Source: Balanoglossus misakiensis
Taxonomy: Eukaryota > Animalia > Hemichordata
Assembly: GCA_040954595.2 (NCBI GenBank)
Contig: CM082591.2
Coordinates: forward strand, 7,492,047 to 7,556,046
DNA length: 64,000 nucleotides
Direction of reading: 5' to 3'
Part shown: in pieces, positions 51,101 through 64,000 of the stretch
Numbering within the stretch: the first letter of the stretch is position 1
How the letters are laid out: each line of letters begins with the position of its first letter
Program-made: the position numbers and the translations under genes
Notes under the pieces: model-generated
What the model saw: the letters and a program-made list of their open reading frames with translations, nothing else
Told to the model about the DNA's origin: nothing
Database searches by the model: none

Positions 51101-54100
51101 CCCTTACACCAGTGCATCTCCGGCCATACAGCCATATCATCAGAATATCCTGTACACTGCTATTACAAAGAAGATTTTCATCGCGCTTGGTCACCGTCCA
51201 ACGCTAACATTCGGGCTACCTGGTCCCTTACACCAGGGCATCTCCGGCCATACAGCCATATTATCAGAATATCCTGTACACTGCTATTACAAAGAAGATT
51301 TTCATCGCGCTTGGTCACCGTCCAACGCTAACATTCGGGCTACCTGGTCCCTTACACCAGTGCATCTCCGGCCATACAGCCATATCATCAGAATATCCTG
51401 TACACTGCTATTACAAAGAAGATTTTCATCGCGCTTGGTCACCGTCCAACGCTAACTTTTGGGCTACCTGGTCCCTTACACCAGGGCATCTCCGGCCATA
51501 CAGCCATATCATCAGAATATCCTGTACACTGCTATTACAAAAACGATTTTCATCGTGCTTGGTCACCGTCCAACGCTAACTTTTGGGCTACCTGGTCCCT
51601 TACACCAGTGCATCTCCGGCCATACAGCCATATCATCAGAATATCCTGTACACTGCTATTACAATGAAGATTTTCATCGTGCTTGGTCACCGTCCAACGC
51701 TAACTTTCGGGCTACCTGGTCCCTTAAACCAGGGCATCTCCGGCCATACAGCCATATCATCAGAATATCCTGTACACTTCTATTACAAAGAAGATTTTCA
51801 TCGCGCTTGGTCACCGTCCAACGCTAACATTCGGGCTACCTGGTCCCTTACACCAGTGCATCTCCGGCCATACAGCCATATTATCAGAATATCCTGTACA
51901 CTGCTATTACAAAAAAGATTTTCATCGTGCTTGGTCACCGTCCAACGCTAACTTTTGGGCTACCTGGTCCCTTACACCAGGGCATCTCCGGCCATACAGC
52001 CATATCATCAGAATATCCTGTACACTGCTATTACAAAGAAGATTTTCATCGCGCTTGGTCACCGTCCAACGCTAACATTCCGGCTACCTGGTCCCTTACA
52101 CCAGGGCATCTCCGGCCATACAGCCATATCATCAGAATATCCTGTACACTGCTATTACAAAGAAGATTTTCATCGCGCTTGGTCACCGTCCAACGCTAAC
52201 TTTTGGGCTACCTGGTCCCTTACACCAGGGCATCTCCGGCCATACAGCCATATCATCAGAATATCCTGTACACTGCTATTACAAAGAAGATTTTCATCGT
52301 GCTTGGTCACCGTCCAACGCTAACTTTTGGGCTACCTGGTCCCTTACACCAGTGCATCTCCGGCCATACAGCCATATCATCAGAATATCCTGTACACTGC
52401 TATTACAAAGAAGATTTTCATCGTGCTTGGTCACCGTCCAACGCTAACTTTTGGGCTACCTGGTCCCTTACACCAGTGCATCTCCGGCCATACAGCCATA
52501 TCATCAGAATATCCTGTACACTGCTATTACAAAGAAGATTTTCATCGTGCTTGGTCACCGTCCAACGCTAACTTTTGGGCTACCTGGTCCCTTACACCAG
52601 GGCATCTCCGGCCATACAGCCATATTATCAGAATATCCTGTACACTGCTATTACAAAGAAGATTTTCATCGCGCTTGGTCACCGTCCAACGCTAACATTC
52701 CGGCTACCTGGTCCCTTACACCAGTGCATCTCCGGCCATACAGCCATATCATCAGAATATCCTGTACACTGCTATTACAAAGAAGATTTTCATCGCGCTT
52801 GGCCACCGTCCAACGCTAACTTTCGGGCTACCTGGTCCCTTACACCAGAGCATCTCCGGCCATACAGCCGTATCATCAGAATATCCTGTACACTGCTATT
52901 ACAAAGAAGATTTTCATCGTGTTTGGCCACCGTCTAACGCTAACTTTCGGGCTACCTGGTCCCTTACACCAGTGCATCTCCGGCCATACAGCCATATCAT
53001 CAGAATATCCTGTACACTGCTATTACAAAGAAGATTTTCATCGCGCTTGGCCACCGTCCAACGCTAACTTTCGGGCTACCTGGTCCCTTACACCAGAGCA
53101 TCTCCGGCCATACAGCCGTATCATCAGAATATCCTGTACACTGCTATTACAAAGAAGATTTTCATCGTGTTTGGCCACCGTCTAACGCTAACTTTCGGGC
53201 TACCTGGTCCCTTACACCAGTGCATCTCCGGCCATACAGCCATATCATCAGAATATCCTGTACACTGCTATTACAAAGAAGATTTTCATCGTGTTTGGCC
53301 ACCGTCTAACGCTAACTTTCGGGCTACCTGGTCCCTTACACCAGTGCATCTCCGGCCATACAGCCATATCATCAAAATATCCTGTACACTGCTATTACAA
53401 AGAAGATTTTCATCGTGTTTGGCCACCGTCTAACGCTAACTTTCGGGCTACCTGGTCCCTTACGCCAGTGCATCTCCGGCCATACAGCCATATCATCAGA
53501 ATATCCTGTACACTGCTATTACAAAGAAGATTTTCATCGCGCTTGGCCACCGTCCAACGCTAACTTTCGGGCTACCTGGTCCCTTACACCAGAGCATCTC
53601 CGGCCATACAGCCGTATCATCAGAATATCCTGTACACTGCTATTACAAAGAAGATTTTCATCGTGTTTGGCCACCGTCTAACGCTAACTTTCGGGCTACC
53701 TGGTCCCTTACACCAGTGCATCTCCGGCCATACAGCCATATCATCAGAATATCCTGTACACTGCTATTACAAAGAAGATTTTCATCGCGCTTGGTCACCG
53801 TCCAACGCTAACATTCGGGCTACCTGGTCCCTTACACCAGGGCATTTCTGGCCATACAGCCATATCATCAGAATATCCTGTACACTGCTATTACAAAGAA
53901 GATTTTCGTCGCGCTTGGTCACCGTCCAACGCTAACTTTCGGGCTACCTGGTCCCTTACACCAGGGCATCTCCGGCCATACAGCCATAACATCAGAATAT
54001 CCTGTACACTGCTTTAACAAAGAAGATTTTCATCGTGTTTGGCCACCGTCTAACGCTAACATTCCGGCTACCTGGTCCCTTACACCAGGGCATCTCCGGC

Positions 54101-57100
54101 CATACAGCCATATCATCAGAATATCCTGTACACTGCTATTACAAAGAACATTTTCATCGTGCTTGGTCACCGTCCAACGCTAACTTTTGGGCTACCTGGT
54201 CCCTTACACCAGTGCATCTCCGGCCATACAGCCATATCATCAGAATATCCTGTACACTGCTATTACAAAGAAGATTTTCATCGTGCTTGGTCACCGTCCA
54301 ACGCTAACTTTTGGGCTACCTGGTCCCTTACACCAGGGCATCTCCGGCCATACAGCCATATCATCAGAATATCCTGTACACTGCTATTACAAAGAAAATT
54401 TTCATCGTGCTTGGTCACCGTCCAACGCTAACTTTTGGGCTACCTGGTCCCTTACACCAGTGCATCTCCGGCCATACAGCCATATCATCAGAATATCCTG
54501 TACACTGCTATTACAAAGAAGATTTTCATCGTGCTTGGTCACCGTCCAACGCTAACTTTTGGGCTACCTGGTCCCTTACACCAGTGCATCTCCGGCCATA
54601 CAGCCATATCATCAGAATATCCTGTACACTGCTATTACAAAAAAGATTTTCATCGTGCTTGGTCACCGTCCAACGCTAACTTTTGGGCTACCTGGTCCCT
54701 TACACCAGTGCATCTCCGGCCATACAGCCATATCATCAGAATATCCTGTACACTGCTATTACAAAGAAGATTTTCGTCGCGCTTGGTCACCGTCCAACGC
54801 TAACTTTTGGGCTACGTGGTCCCTTACACCAGTGCATCTCCGGCCATACAGCCATATCATCAGAATATCCTGTACACTGCTATTACAAAGAAGATTTTCG
54901 TCGCGCTTGGTCACCGTCCAACGCTAACATTCGGGCTACGTGGTCCCTTACACCAGGGCATCTCCGGCCATACAGCCATATCATCAGAATATCCTGTACA
55001 CTGCTATTACAAAAAAGATTTTCATCGTGCTTGGTCACCGTCCAACGCTAACTTTTGGGCTACCTGGTCCCTTACACCAGTGCATCTCCGGCCATACAGC
55101 CATATCATCAGAATATCCTGTACACTGCTATTACAAAGAAGATTTTCGTCGCGCTTGGTCACCGTCCAACGCTAACTTTTGGGCTACGTGGTCCCTTACA
55201 CCAGTGCATCTCCGGCCATACAGCCATATCATCAGAATATCCTGTACACTGCTATTACAAAGAAGATTTTCGTCGCGCTTGGTCACCGTCCAACGCTAAC
55301 TTTCGGGCTACCTGGTCCCTTACACCAGGGCATCTCCGGCCATACAGCCATATCATCAAAATATACTGTACACTGCTATTACAAAGAACATTTTCATCGC
55401 GCTTGGCCACCATCCAACGCTAACTTTCGGGCTACCTGGTCCCTTAAACCAGGGCATCTCCGGCCATACAGCCATATCATCAGAATATCCTGTACACTGT
55501 TATTACAAAGAAGATAATCATCGCACTTGGTCACCGTCCAACGCTAACTTTCAGGCTACCTGGTCCCTTACACCAGGGCATCTCCGGCCATACAGCCATA
55601 TCATCAAAATATACTGTACACTGCTATTACAAAGAAGATTTTCATCGCGCTTGGTCACCGTCCAACGCTAACTTTCGGGCTACCTGGTCCCTTACACCAG
55701 TGCATCTTCGGCCATACAGCCATATCATCAGAATATCCTGTACACTGTTATTACAAAGAAGATAATCATCGCACTTGGCCACCGTCCAACGCTAACTTTC
55801 AGGCTACCTGGTCCCTTACACCAGGGCATCTCCGGCCATACAGCCATATCATCAAAATATACTGTACACTGCTATTACAAAGATGATTTTCATCGCGCTT
55901 GGTCACCGTCCAACGCTAACTTTCGGGCTACCTGGTCCCTTACACCAGGACATCTCCGGCCATACAGCCATATCATCAGAATATCCTGTACACTGCTATT
56001 ACAAAGAAGATAATCATCGCACTTGGCCACCGTCCAACGCTAACTTTCAGGCTACCTGGTCCCTTACACCAGGGCATTTCTGGCCATACAGCCATATCAT
56101 CAGAATATCCTGTACACTGCTATTACAAAGAAGATTTTCATCGCGCTTGGTCACCGTCCAACGCTAACATTCGGGCTACGTGGTCCCTTACACCAGTGCA
56201 TCTTCGGCCATACAGCCATATCATTAGAATATCCTGTATACATCTATTACAAAGAAGATTTTCATCGCGCTTGGCCACCGTCCAACGCTAACATTCGGGC
56301 TACCTGGTCCCTTACACCAGTGCATCTCCGGCCATACAGCCATATCATCAGAATATCCTGTACACTGCTATTGCAAAGAAGATTTTCATCGTGCTTGGTC
56401 ACCGTCCAACGCTAACATTCGGGCTACCTGGTCCCTTACACCAGGGCATCTCCGGCCATACAGCCATATCATCAGAATATCCTGTACACTGCTATTACAA
56501 AGAAGATTTTCATCGTGTTTGGCCACCGTCTAACGCTAACTTTCGGGCTACCTGGTCCCTTACACCAGGACATCTCCGGCCATACAGCCATATCATCAGA
56601 ATATCCTGTACACTGCTATTGCAAAGAAGATTTTCATCGTGCTTGGTCACCGTCCAACGCTAACATTCGGGCTACCTGGTCCCTTACACCAGGACATCTC
56701 CGGCCATACAGCCATATCATCAGAATATCCTGTACACTGCTATTGCAAAGAAGATTTTCATCGTGCTTGGTCACCGTCCAACGCTAACATTCGGGCTACC
56801 TGGTCCCTTACACCAGGGCATCTCCGGCCATACAGCCATATCATCAGAATATCCTGTACACTGCTATTGCAAAGAAGATTTTCATCGTGCTTGGTCACCG
56901 TCCAACGCTAACATTCGGGCTACCTGGTCCCTTACACCAGGACATCTCCGGCCATACAGCCATATCATCAGAATATCCTGTACACTGCTATTGCAAAGAA
57001 GATTTTCATCGTGCTTGGTCACCGTCCAATGCTAACATTCGGGCTACCTGGTCCCTTACACCAGGGCATCTCCGGCCATACAGCCATATCATTAGAATAT

Positions 57101-60100
57101 CCTGTATACATCTATTACAAAGAAGATTTTCATCGCGCTTGGTCACCGTCCAACGCTAACATTCGGGCTACCTGGTCCCTTACACCAGGGCATCTCCGGC
57201 CATACAGCCATATCATTAGAATATCCTGTATACATCTATTACAAAGAAGATTTTCATCGCGCTTGGTCACCGTCCAACGCTAACATTCGGGCTACCTGGT
57301 CCCTTACACCAGGGCATCTCCGGCCATACAGCCATATCATTAGAATATCCTGTATACATCTATTACAAAGAAGATTTTCATCGCGCTTGGTCACCGTCCA
57401 ACGCTAACATTCGGGCTACCTGGTCCCTTACACCAGGGCATCTCCGGCCATACAGCCATATCATCAGAATATCCTGTACACTGCTATTGCAAAGAAGATT
57501 TTCATCGTGCTTGGTCACCGTCCAACGCTAACTTTCGGGCTACCTGGTCCCTTACACCAGTGCATCTTCGGCCATACAGCCATATCATCAGAATATCCTG
57601 TACACTGCTATTACAAAGAAGATTTTCATCGCGCTTGGCCACCGTCCAACGCTAACTTTCGGGCTACCTGGTCCCTTACACCAGGGCATCTCCGGCCATA
57701 CAGCCATATCATCAGAATATCCTGTACACTGCTATTACAAAGAAGATTTTCATCGCGCTTGGCCACCGTCCAACGCTAACTTTTGGGCTACCTGGTCCCT
57801 TACACCAGTGCATCTCCGGCCATACAGCCATATCATCAGAATATCCTGTACACTGCTATTGCAAAGAAGATTTTCATCGTGCTTGGTCACCGTCCAACGC
57901 TAACTTTCGGGCTACCTGGTCCCTTACACCAGGGCATCTCCGGCCATACAGCCATATCATTAGAATATCCTGTATACATCTATTACAAAGAAGATTTTCA
58001 TCGTGCTTGGTCACCGTCCAACGCTAACTTTCGGGCTACCTGGTCCCTTACACCAGTGCATCTCCGGCCATACAGCCATATCATCAGAATATCCTGTACA
58101 CTGCTATTGCAAAGAAGATTTTCATCGTGCTTGGTCACCGTCCAACGCTAACTTTCGGGCTACCTGGTCCCTTACACCAGGGCATCTCCGGCCATACAGC
58201 CATATCATCAGAATATCCTGTACACTGCTATTACAAAGAAAATTTTCATCGCGCTTGGTCACCGTCCAACGCTAACATTCGGGCTACCTGGTCCCTTACA
58301 CCAGGGCATTTCTGGCCATACAGCCATATCATCAGAATATCCTGTACACTGCTATTACAAAGAAGATTTTCATCGTGCTTGGTCACCGTCCAACGCTAAC
58401 ATTCGGGCTACCTGGTCCCTTACACCAGGGCATTTCTGGCCATACAGCCATATCATCAGAATATCCTGTACACTGCTATTACAAAGAAAATTTTCATCAC
58501 GCTTGGTCACCGTCCAACGCTAACATTCGGGCTACCTGGTCCCTTACACCAGGGCATTTCTGGCCATACAGCCATATCATCAGAATATCCTGTACACTGC
58601 TATTACAAAGAAAATTTTCATCGCGCTTGGTCACCGTCCAACGCTAACTTTCGGGCTACCTGGTCCCTTACACCAGGGCATTTCTGGCCATACAGCCATA
58701 TCATCAGAATATCCTGTACACTGCTATTACAAAGAAGATTTTCATCGTGCTTGGTCACCGTCCAACGCTAACATTCGGGCTACCTGGTCCCTTACACCAG
58801 GGCATTTCTGGCCATACAGCCATATCATCAGAATATCCTGTACACTGCTATTGCAAAGAAGATTTTCATCGTGCTTGGTCACCGTCCAACGCTAACTTTC
58901 GGGCTACCTGGTCCCTTACACCAGGGCATCTCCGGCCATACAGCCATATCATCAGAATATCCTGTACACTGCTATTACAAAGAAGATTTTCATCGTGCTT
59001 GGTCACCGTCCAACGCTAACATTCGGGCTACCTGGTCCCTTACACCAGGGCATTTCTGGCCATACAGCCATATCATCAGAATATCCTGTACACTGCTATT
59101 ACAAAGAAAATTTTCATCGCGCTTGGTCACCGTCCAACGCTAACTTTCGGGCTACCTGGTCCCTTACACCAGAGCATCTCTGGCCATACAGCCATATCAT
59201 CAGAATATCCTGTACACTGCTATTACAAAGATGATTTTCATCGCGCTTGGTCACCGTCCAACGCTAACTTTCGGGCTACCTGGTCCCTTACACCAGGGCA
59301 TCTCCGGCCATACAGCCATATCATCAGAATATCCTGTACACTGCTATTACAAAGAAGATTTTCATCGTGCTTGGTCACCGTCCAACGCTAACATTCGGGC
59401 TACCTGGTCCCTTACACCAGGGCATTTCTGGCCATACAGCCATATCATCAGAATATCCTGTACACTGCTATTACAAAGAAAATTTTCATCGCGCTTGGTC
59501 ACCGTCCAACGCTAACATTCGGGCTACCTGGTCCCTTACACCAGGGCATTTCTGGCCATACAGCCATATCATCAGAATATCCTGTACACTGCTATTACAA
59601 AGAAAATTTTCATCGCGCTTGGTCACCGTCCAACGCTAACTTTCGGGCTACCTGGTCCCTTACACCAGAGCATCTCTGGCCATACAGCCGTATCATCAGA
59701 CATTTCGTACTATGTAACAGTACCTCAGGATTCTCTTCGCCACTGACTCAATGATGTGTATCGCTTCATCGCCCTGAAGTTCCAGCTGGATCTCAGCTTT
59801 TCAAAACATTTCCTCGTGACGGAAGCCCACTCGACTTTCACGAAGGTTTTCACGTAAAACTGTCGTACTCATCTTAGCTCATCCCTCATAAATCATCCAG
59901 GACGAGGCCAAGGTTGATTGTTAAACAGAGAGATTTACGCCGACCGTATTGGTAAATTTTCCTTCACCCAAGATTACAGTCTCCTGGGTCTTTCACGGCA
60001 TCATTTGTTCGTTTGTTTTTTTAACAGTCAATGCACTCATTCAGGTCACTCGCGAGACCTACACATGCTTTAATATTTGTGAAAGTTACGGATAGTACCC

Positions 60101-60474
60101 GCACTCATTAGTTTGTACAGTTCACTCGCTGAAAATTGTTCTGACCTGTTAGGCATCTTTCTTGTAAGTTACTAGGCAGTTGTATTTTTTACGGGCTGAT
60201 GGGAACTCCCTGAATGCTCCCCCCCCCCCCTTTGGCTTGGCGGCTTGGTGCTGGTTTTGTCAAACTCTTTTCGTTTGCATATTAAAGAATTTGCCAAGTT
60301 TCCGCCAACCCTCGAGTGTGTCGCATTCTGTTCCTTCCCATCAGCCCACTCGCTTTCAACATTTCCACAGTTTGAGTATCTCATGTGTATTTGCATGCAC
60401 CAGCAATTTACCCACTACACATGGGTTTTCCTTCACTATTCCTATATCAGTGGAGTTCCAGAGAGGGCAGCCAC
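36149..60474. mobile_element. Large CpG-rich insertion of unknown type in the gene 2 exon 7-8 intron, carrying the satellite
   Basis: Homology with the gene 1 intron stops at caaatgt (~36147) and resumes at taattatggaacttaat (~60475, matching the exon 5-6 intron). Unique flanks are ~0.4 kb and ~0.8 kb. No clear TIR, LTR or TSD. Confidence 0.5.
36541..59700. repeat. 124-bp tandem satellite, ~187 copies (23.2 kb)
   Basis: Consensus GATTTTCATCGCGCTTGGTCACCGTCCAACGCTAACTTTCGGGCTACCTGGTCCCTTACACCAGGGCATCTCCGGCCATACAGCCATATCATCAGAATATCCTGTACACTGCTATTACAAAGAA. Equivalent positions 36675 and 59367 differ by exactly 183x124. Confidence 0.99.
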
Positions 60475-60678
60475 TAATTATGGAACTTAATGACCTTTGT
60501 GTAACAATCAGCACATTTTTACGACAGATGCAATGTATTCTATGGATCAATGTACAGTATGGGAAAATGTGTGCTCAAGATTAATAGATTAAATGATATG
60601 CATACCGGTACATGTACGGTATCACAGTACAAGGTTACTTAATATCAATCACAGATTTATCTATATTCACCATTTCAG

Positions 60679-62189
60679 AGTTTGAAGATGAAATCATACA
60701 ACATGGCAGACCAATTCATCCCATACCAGCAGAGTCTATCAGCTTACAAGCAAAAAGCTTACTGCCCTTTGAAGCTAGTGCAAAGCAGCTCAAAGAACTA
60801 AAACAACTGTTGGATGGGGCCCTGACTGAGAAGTCCAAAATTCAGACTGAGTCAGTTGAGAATAAGAGAAAGCTAGTTGGAGAAATCACTAAACTGCAGA
60901 CTGAGTCAGTTGAGAATGAGAGAAAGCTAGTTGGAGAAATCACTAAACTGCAGACTGAGTCAGTTGAGAATAAGAGAAAGCTAGTTGGAGAAATCACTAA
61001 ACTGCAGACAGAGAAGATGATTCTAGAGAATCAGTTGAAAGCACTTCAGGAAAAGTCCTTCTTAGAAGAGCAGTGTAAACGGAAAAAAATGTTAAAGTCA
61101 TCGTATAAGATGCACTATTTTTGAGTGCAAGTGTGTGCCAAAAAACGGGGTGCGACTTATAATACCAATGTTCTGTTGTATCCATTTTCTGAAAAACTTC
61201 TCCCACACAAGTCTTTCAAAGAAGGGATGCGACTTATAAAATGACTTTAACGCAAGTGTTGAGAAAGTAGCCTCAACACAACTTATGGATGTCATTTCCC
61301 TGAAGCAAAGATTGAAAGAATCAGACCCTAGAAACATCCAAGAATTACAATCTAAACTTGAACAACAAGAACAAACCATAACTGAGCTAAAGTCCAAATT
61401 ATCAGAGCTCTCTGATGAACTGACCTTTACCACTAAACTGCAGACAGAGAAAATGATTCTAGAGAATCAGTTGAAAGAAGCACTTCAGGAAATGTCACTC
61501 TTAGAAGAGCAGTTCAAACAGAAACTTGCAAGTGTTGAGAAAGTAGCCTCAACACAACTTATGGATGTCATTTCCCTGAAGCAAAGATTGAGAGAATCAG
61601 ACCCTAGAAACATCCAAGAATTACAATCTAAACTTGAGCAACAAGAACAAACCATAACTGAGCTAAAGTCAAAATTATCCAAAATTTAGGATGAGCAATC
61701 TGACACTGAGCTGCAACTGAAAACTGCCAAAACTCTTCAACTGGAAGAAGATGCAAAATTGGAAACTGAACAAGGTGAGATTGATATAAATCTACTTCGA
61801 TTATTCCTGCATCAAAAAACCCTTGGTCAAATAAAATCTTCCAGCTCATATAGATTATAAAAAATTGCAAGTTTTCATTGTTGTAAGGATTGACCAAGTA
61901 CTTAACATTTAATTTCAAATATTTGTAGGCAAACTCACACCATCTGATGTGCCTCTCAAGAAAGATGACACAGGAGACATATCATCTGTAACCATGGCTA
62001 CAAAAGATGTGAAACCAACAGCTGTGCAACCTGAGATGAAATCAGAAGAAACAGGAGCAGAGAAAGCCAGTCATCCACAACCAGAGACAATGGGAACATA
62101 AGACATTGAGGATGTGGCCAAGATGACGGAAGGAGATGGAACTAAGACTGAGAAAACCAAAGAGAAAGAACTTAAGACAAAAGAAAAAG
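60679..62189 (+). pseudogene. Damaged duplicate of exons 6-7 (60679-61774, 61929-62189)
   Basis: Homologous to 18117-19149, but with a MITE at 61091-61251, TAG at 61687-61689, TAA at 62099-62101, three 54-nt repeats and an extra ~250-nt internal duplication. Confidence 0.88.
61091..61251. mobile_element. 161-bp MITE inserted in the coiled-coil pseudo-exon
   Basis: Inverted ends GTTAAAGTCATCGTATAAGATGCA / TGCGACTTATAAAATGACTTTAAC. Absent from the two other copies of the exon. Confidence 0.8.
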
Positions 62190-62383
62190 GTACACCAAAC
62201 CTGTCAATAAGAAGCTTAGAAAGTTGGAACTATATTTACATTCAAATCTAATGTTGGAAAGAGCAGTATTCTTGACAGAGAAAAAAAAGACAAATGAGAA
62301 AGTTAATATTCAATGTTTGCCAAATGTGTAAAGAATGAATTTACAACACTATATTTTCATTGTTTGATCACTTTCTTTTGCAG

Positions 62384-64000
62384 AAGAAAAGCCATCCGAA
62401 GGTGTCATCAGCAAGATAAGGAGATTTTTTGGTGGAAGTAAAGAAACTACTGGTGATTCAGGGACTACAGGAAGTAAAGAGATATCTGAGGATACAAAGG
62501 GAGCCAGTGTTTCAGCAAAACCTTCTAAAACAGGTATGTGCATTTCATCTAAGTGTTGGAAAATAACAGTTAAATACAGGTGTTGATAATAAGGGACCAG
62601 TTGATTCAAAACTTCAAGTAAATATTGAATCATTGGTTGCCAGAAAGCAGACCATCTCTGGTTGGCTGGAAAAAGAAACAAAACCTATATCACAACAACA
62701 TTACTGATAGTACATATAGTTAGAAATATTTTCTTTATATTGCAAAGCAATATAAATAGTTTCAGAAATTGATGTTTGTCTGGTTGCCCTGGTTTCTTAG
62801 CACTGAAAAACTACAAGTATAAGGTAGGCAATGATCTTTGAGACATTGTTCAAGAATTGTTATGTAAGAACTACTAATTCCAAAATTACAAGCAAAGATT
62901 ATTCCTGTACTGATCTGTTAAGATGTGTTACCATGACAACAATGCCTGTCACTAAATCCATTGAGCAGTTGAATAGGAACATTTTTCAGTTCTTACAAAG
63001 ACTCTAAATAAAGTGATAATTTCAGGTAATATTTCTGTTACTCATTATAAAAAATAGAATTAGCAACTGATATTGATGTTTTGTCCAGTTTCCATGGTTA
63101 CTTGGTATTGGAAAATGTGTACATATAGAGTACTTTGGTAGATATATATCATGGCAATAACTCACTAAATGTGTATAAAAAAGGTTAAAAGTAATAATTA
63201 AAACACTAACTTTAGCACATTGCCAATGTTTTACAAAACACATAGAGGTTCAGTTGTCATAGTTACCAGTGAATAATGAAAAAAACATCGTATTTTTTCC
63301 TGAAAATAATGGACCAAATAATTATCCCTGAAATTCATTTCAAGAATTTTTATGAAATGTCTACAAGGTCAAAAGTTACAAGTAAAAGATTATTTTTTGA
63401 ACTGATTTCTTTGAATGTGTTACCATGGCAACGTCAATGTTAGTTTATCTATTGAATGGTTAAATAAAAAAGTCGTCCATGTATTTTATAATAAGCTGTC
63501 AAAAAGAGACAAAGTAAATTTCCTCCAAGCTATATTGCAGAGAAAAAGAAATAGTTCAAGAAACTGATGGTAACTCTGGTTGCAACTGCCCTTTAGTAGT
63601 TCACGCAATGACTCTTTTCTTTTGTAAAATGTTTTCTCTTGTTAAAATAAACAATAAAAAGTAGGTTTGACCTTTGACCTCTGTTTCACCTAATAGGTCA
63701 CTGGTCAGTGAGGACATTGGATGACCAAAGTCCAAAGCCAGGGCGAAAGTTTAAAGACCCAGGACGTATGGTGTTCCATGGTGACAAACTGGTGGTGTGT
63801 GACCGAGGCAACAGGGTTGTACAGATACTGAATCAAGATTACTCCTGTGACAAAGTCTTGGGAAGTTTTGATGGTCAGTTTGCACAGCCATTCCAGCCAC
63901 GGGATGTAGCTGTCTCCCATGACAACATCTACTTCATAAGTGATGGCGGAAATTCTCAAATTGTTGTTTGTGATCAAAACAATAAAATTCTTAGAATAAT
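62384..64000 (+). CDS. Intact exon 8 (62384-62533) and start of NHL exon 9 (63697 to window end); likely the 3' end of gene 2 or of a third paralog
   Basis: Homologous to 19342-19491 and 20733 onward. Splice sites are conserved, phase 1, with no stops within the window (HWSVRTLDDQSPKPGRKFKDPGRMVFHGDKLVVCDRGN...). Confidence 0.72.

Noticed and set aside
36448-59639. Dozens of 80-155 aa ORFs (MLGHRPTLTFGLPG..., MGYLVPYT...)
   Set aside because: They arise from a 124-bp (3n+1) unit with a single + strand stop, so each frame stays open for about 3 units. Most start at GTG/TTG, and there are no splice signals or recognisable domain.
36541-59700. CRISPR array
   Set aside because: No unique spacers (the whole unit repeats), no cas genes, and a eukaryotic context.
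36541-59700. 5S rRNA gene array (unit ~120 bp; TCTCCGGCCATAC resembles the 5S 5' end; CGCGC..GTC..GCTAA..TCGGGC..CTGGT occur in 5S-like order)
   Set aside because: The spacing does not fit 5S, there is no box C (GGATGGGAGAC-like) and no spacer, and the matches are short. A cmsearch with the 5S model would be needed to revive even a '5S-derived' claim.
36184-60420. TGTAGTGGG / CCCACTACA as terminal inverted repeats of the satellite-bearing insert
   Set aside because: Only 9 bp, not at the homology breakpoints, and with no TSD.

Overview
AT-rich animal genomic DNA with GT-AG introns, probably a marine invertebrate (inference from gene and transposon content). It holds a tandem segmental duplication of one multi-exon, immune/conflict-type gene on the + strand. 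Gene 1 (13075-21550) reconstructs by hand to 9 coding exons with consistent phases and 1752 aa. Its architecture is: 3 tandem copies of the N-terminal lobe of a GT4-type glycosyltransferase, a full but apparently catalytically degenerate GT4 domain, a TRADD-N-like domain, a coiled coil, an acidic linker and an NHL beta-propeller. Gene 2 (from 29705) has 4 lobe repeats. It is interrupted in the intron after exon 7 by a ~24 kb insert that is almost entirely a 124-bp satellite (~187 copies, no net indel over 183 units; its minus strand has a degenerate hammerhead-like layout). After the insert come damaged duplicates of exons 6-7 and intact exons 8-9. A TA-CCGG-TA transposon-like footprint creates a new in-phase splice donor that could keep gene 2 intact across the satellite. 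Intergenic DNA is dense with mobile elements: two LINE 3' ends, a short-LTR Gypsy, and Kolobok-like, hAT-like, Mutator-like, Zator-like and Helentron-like non-autonomous elements, several confirmed by empty sites in the paralogous copy. All domain and family names come from recognising motifs by eye, not from database searches.
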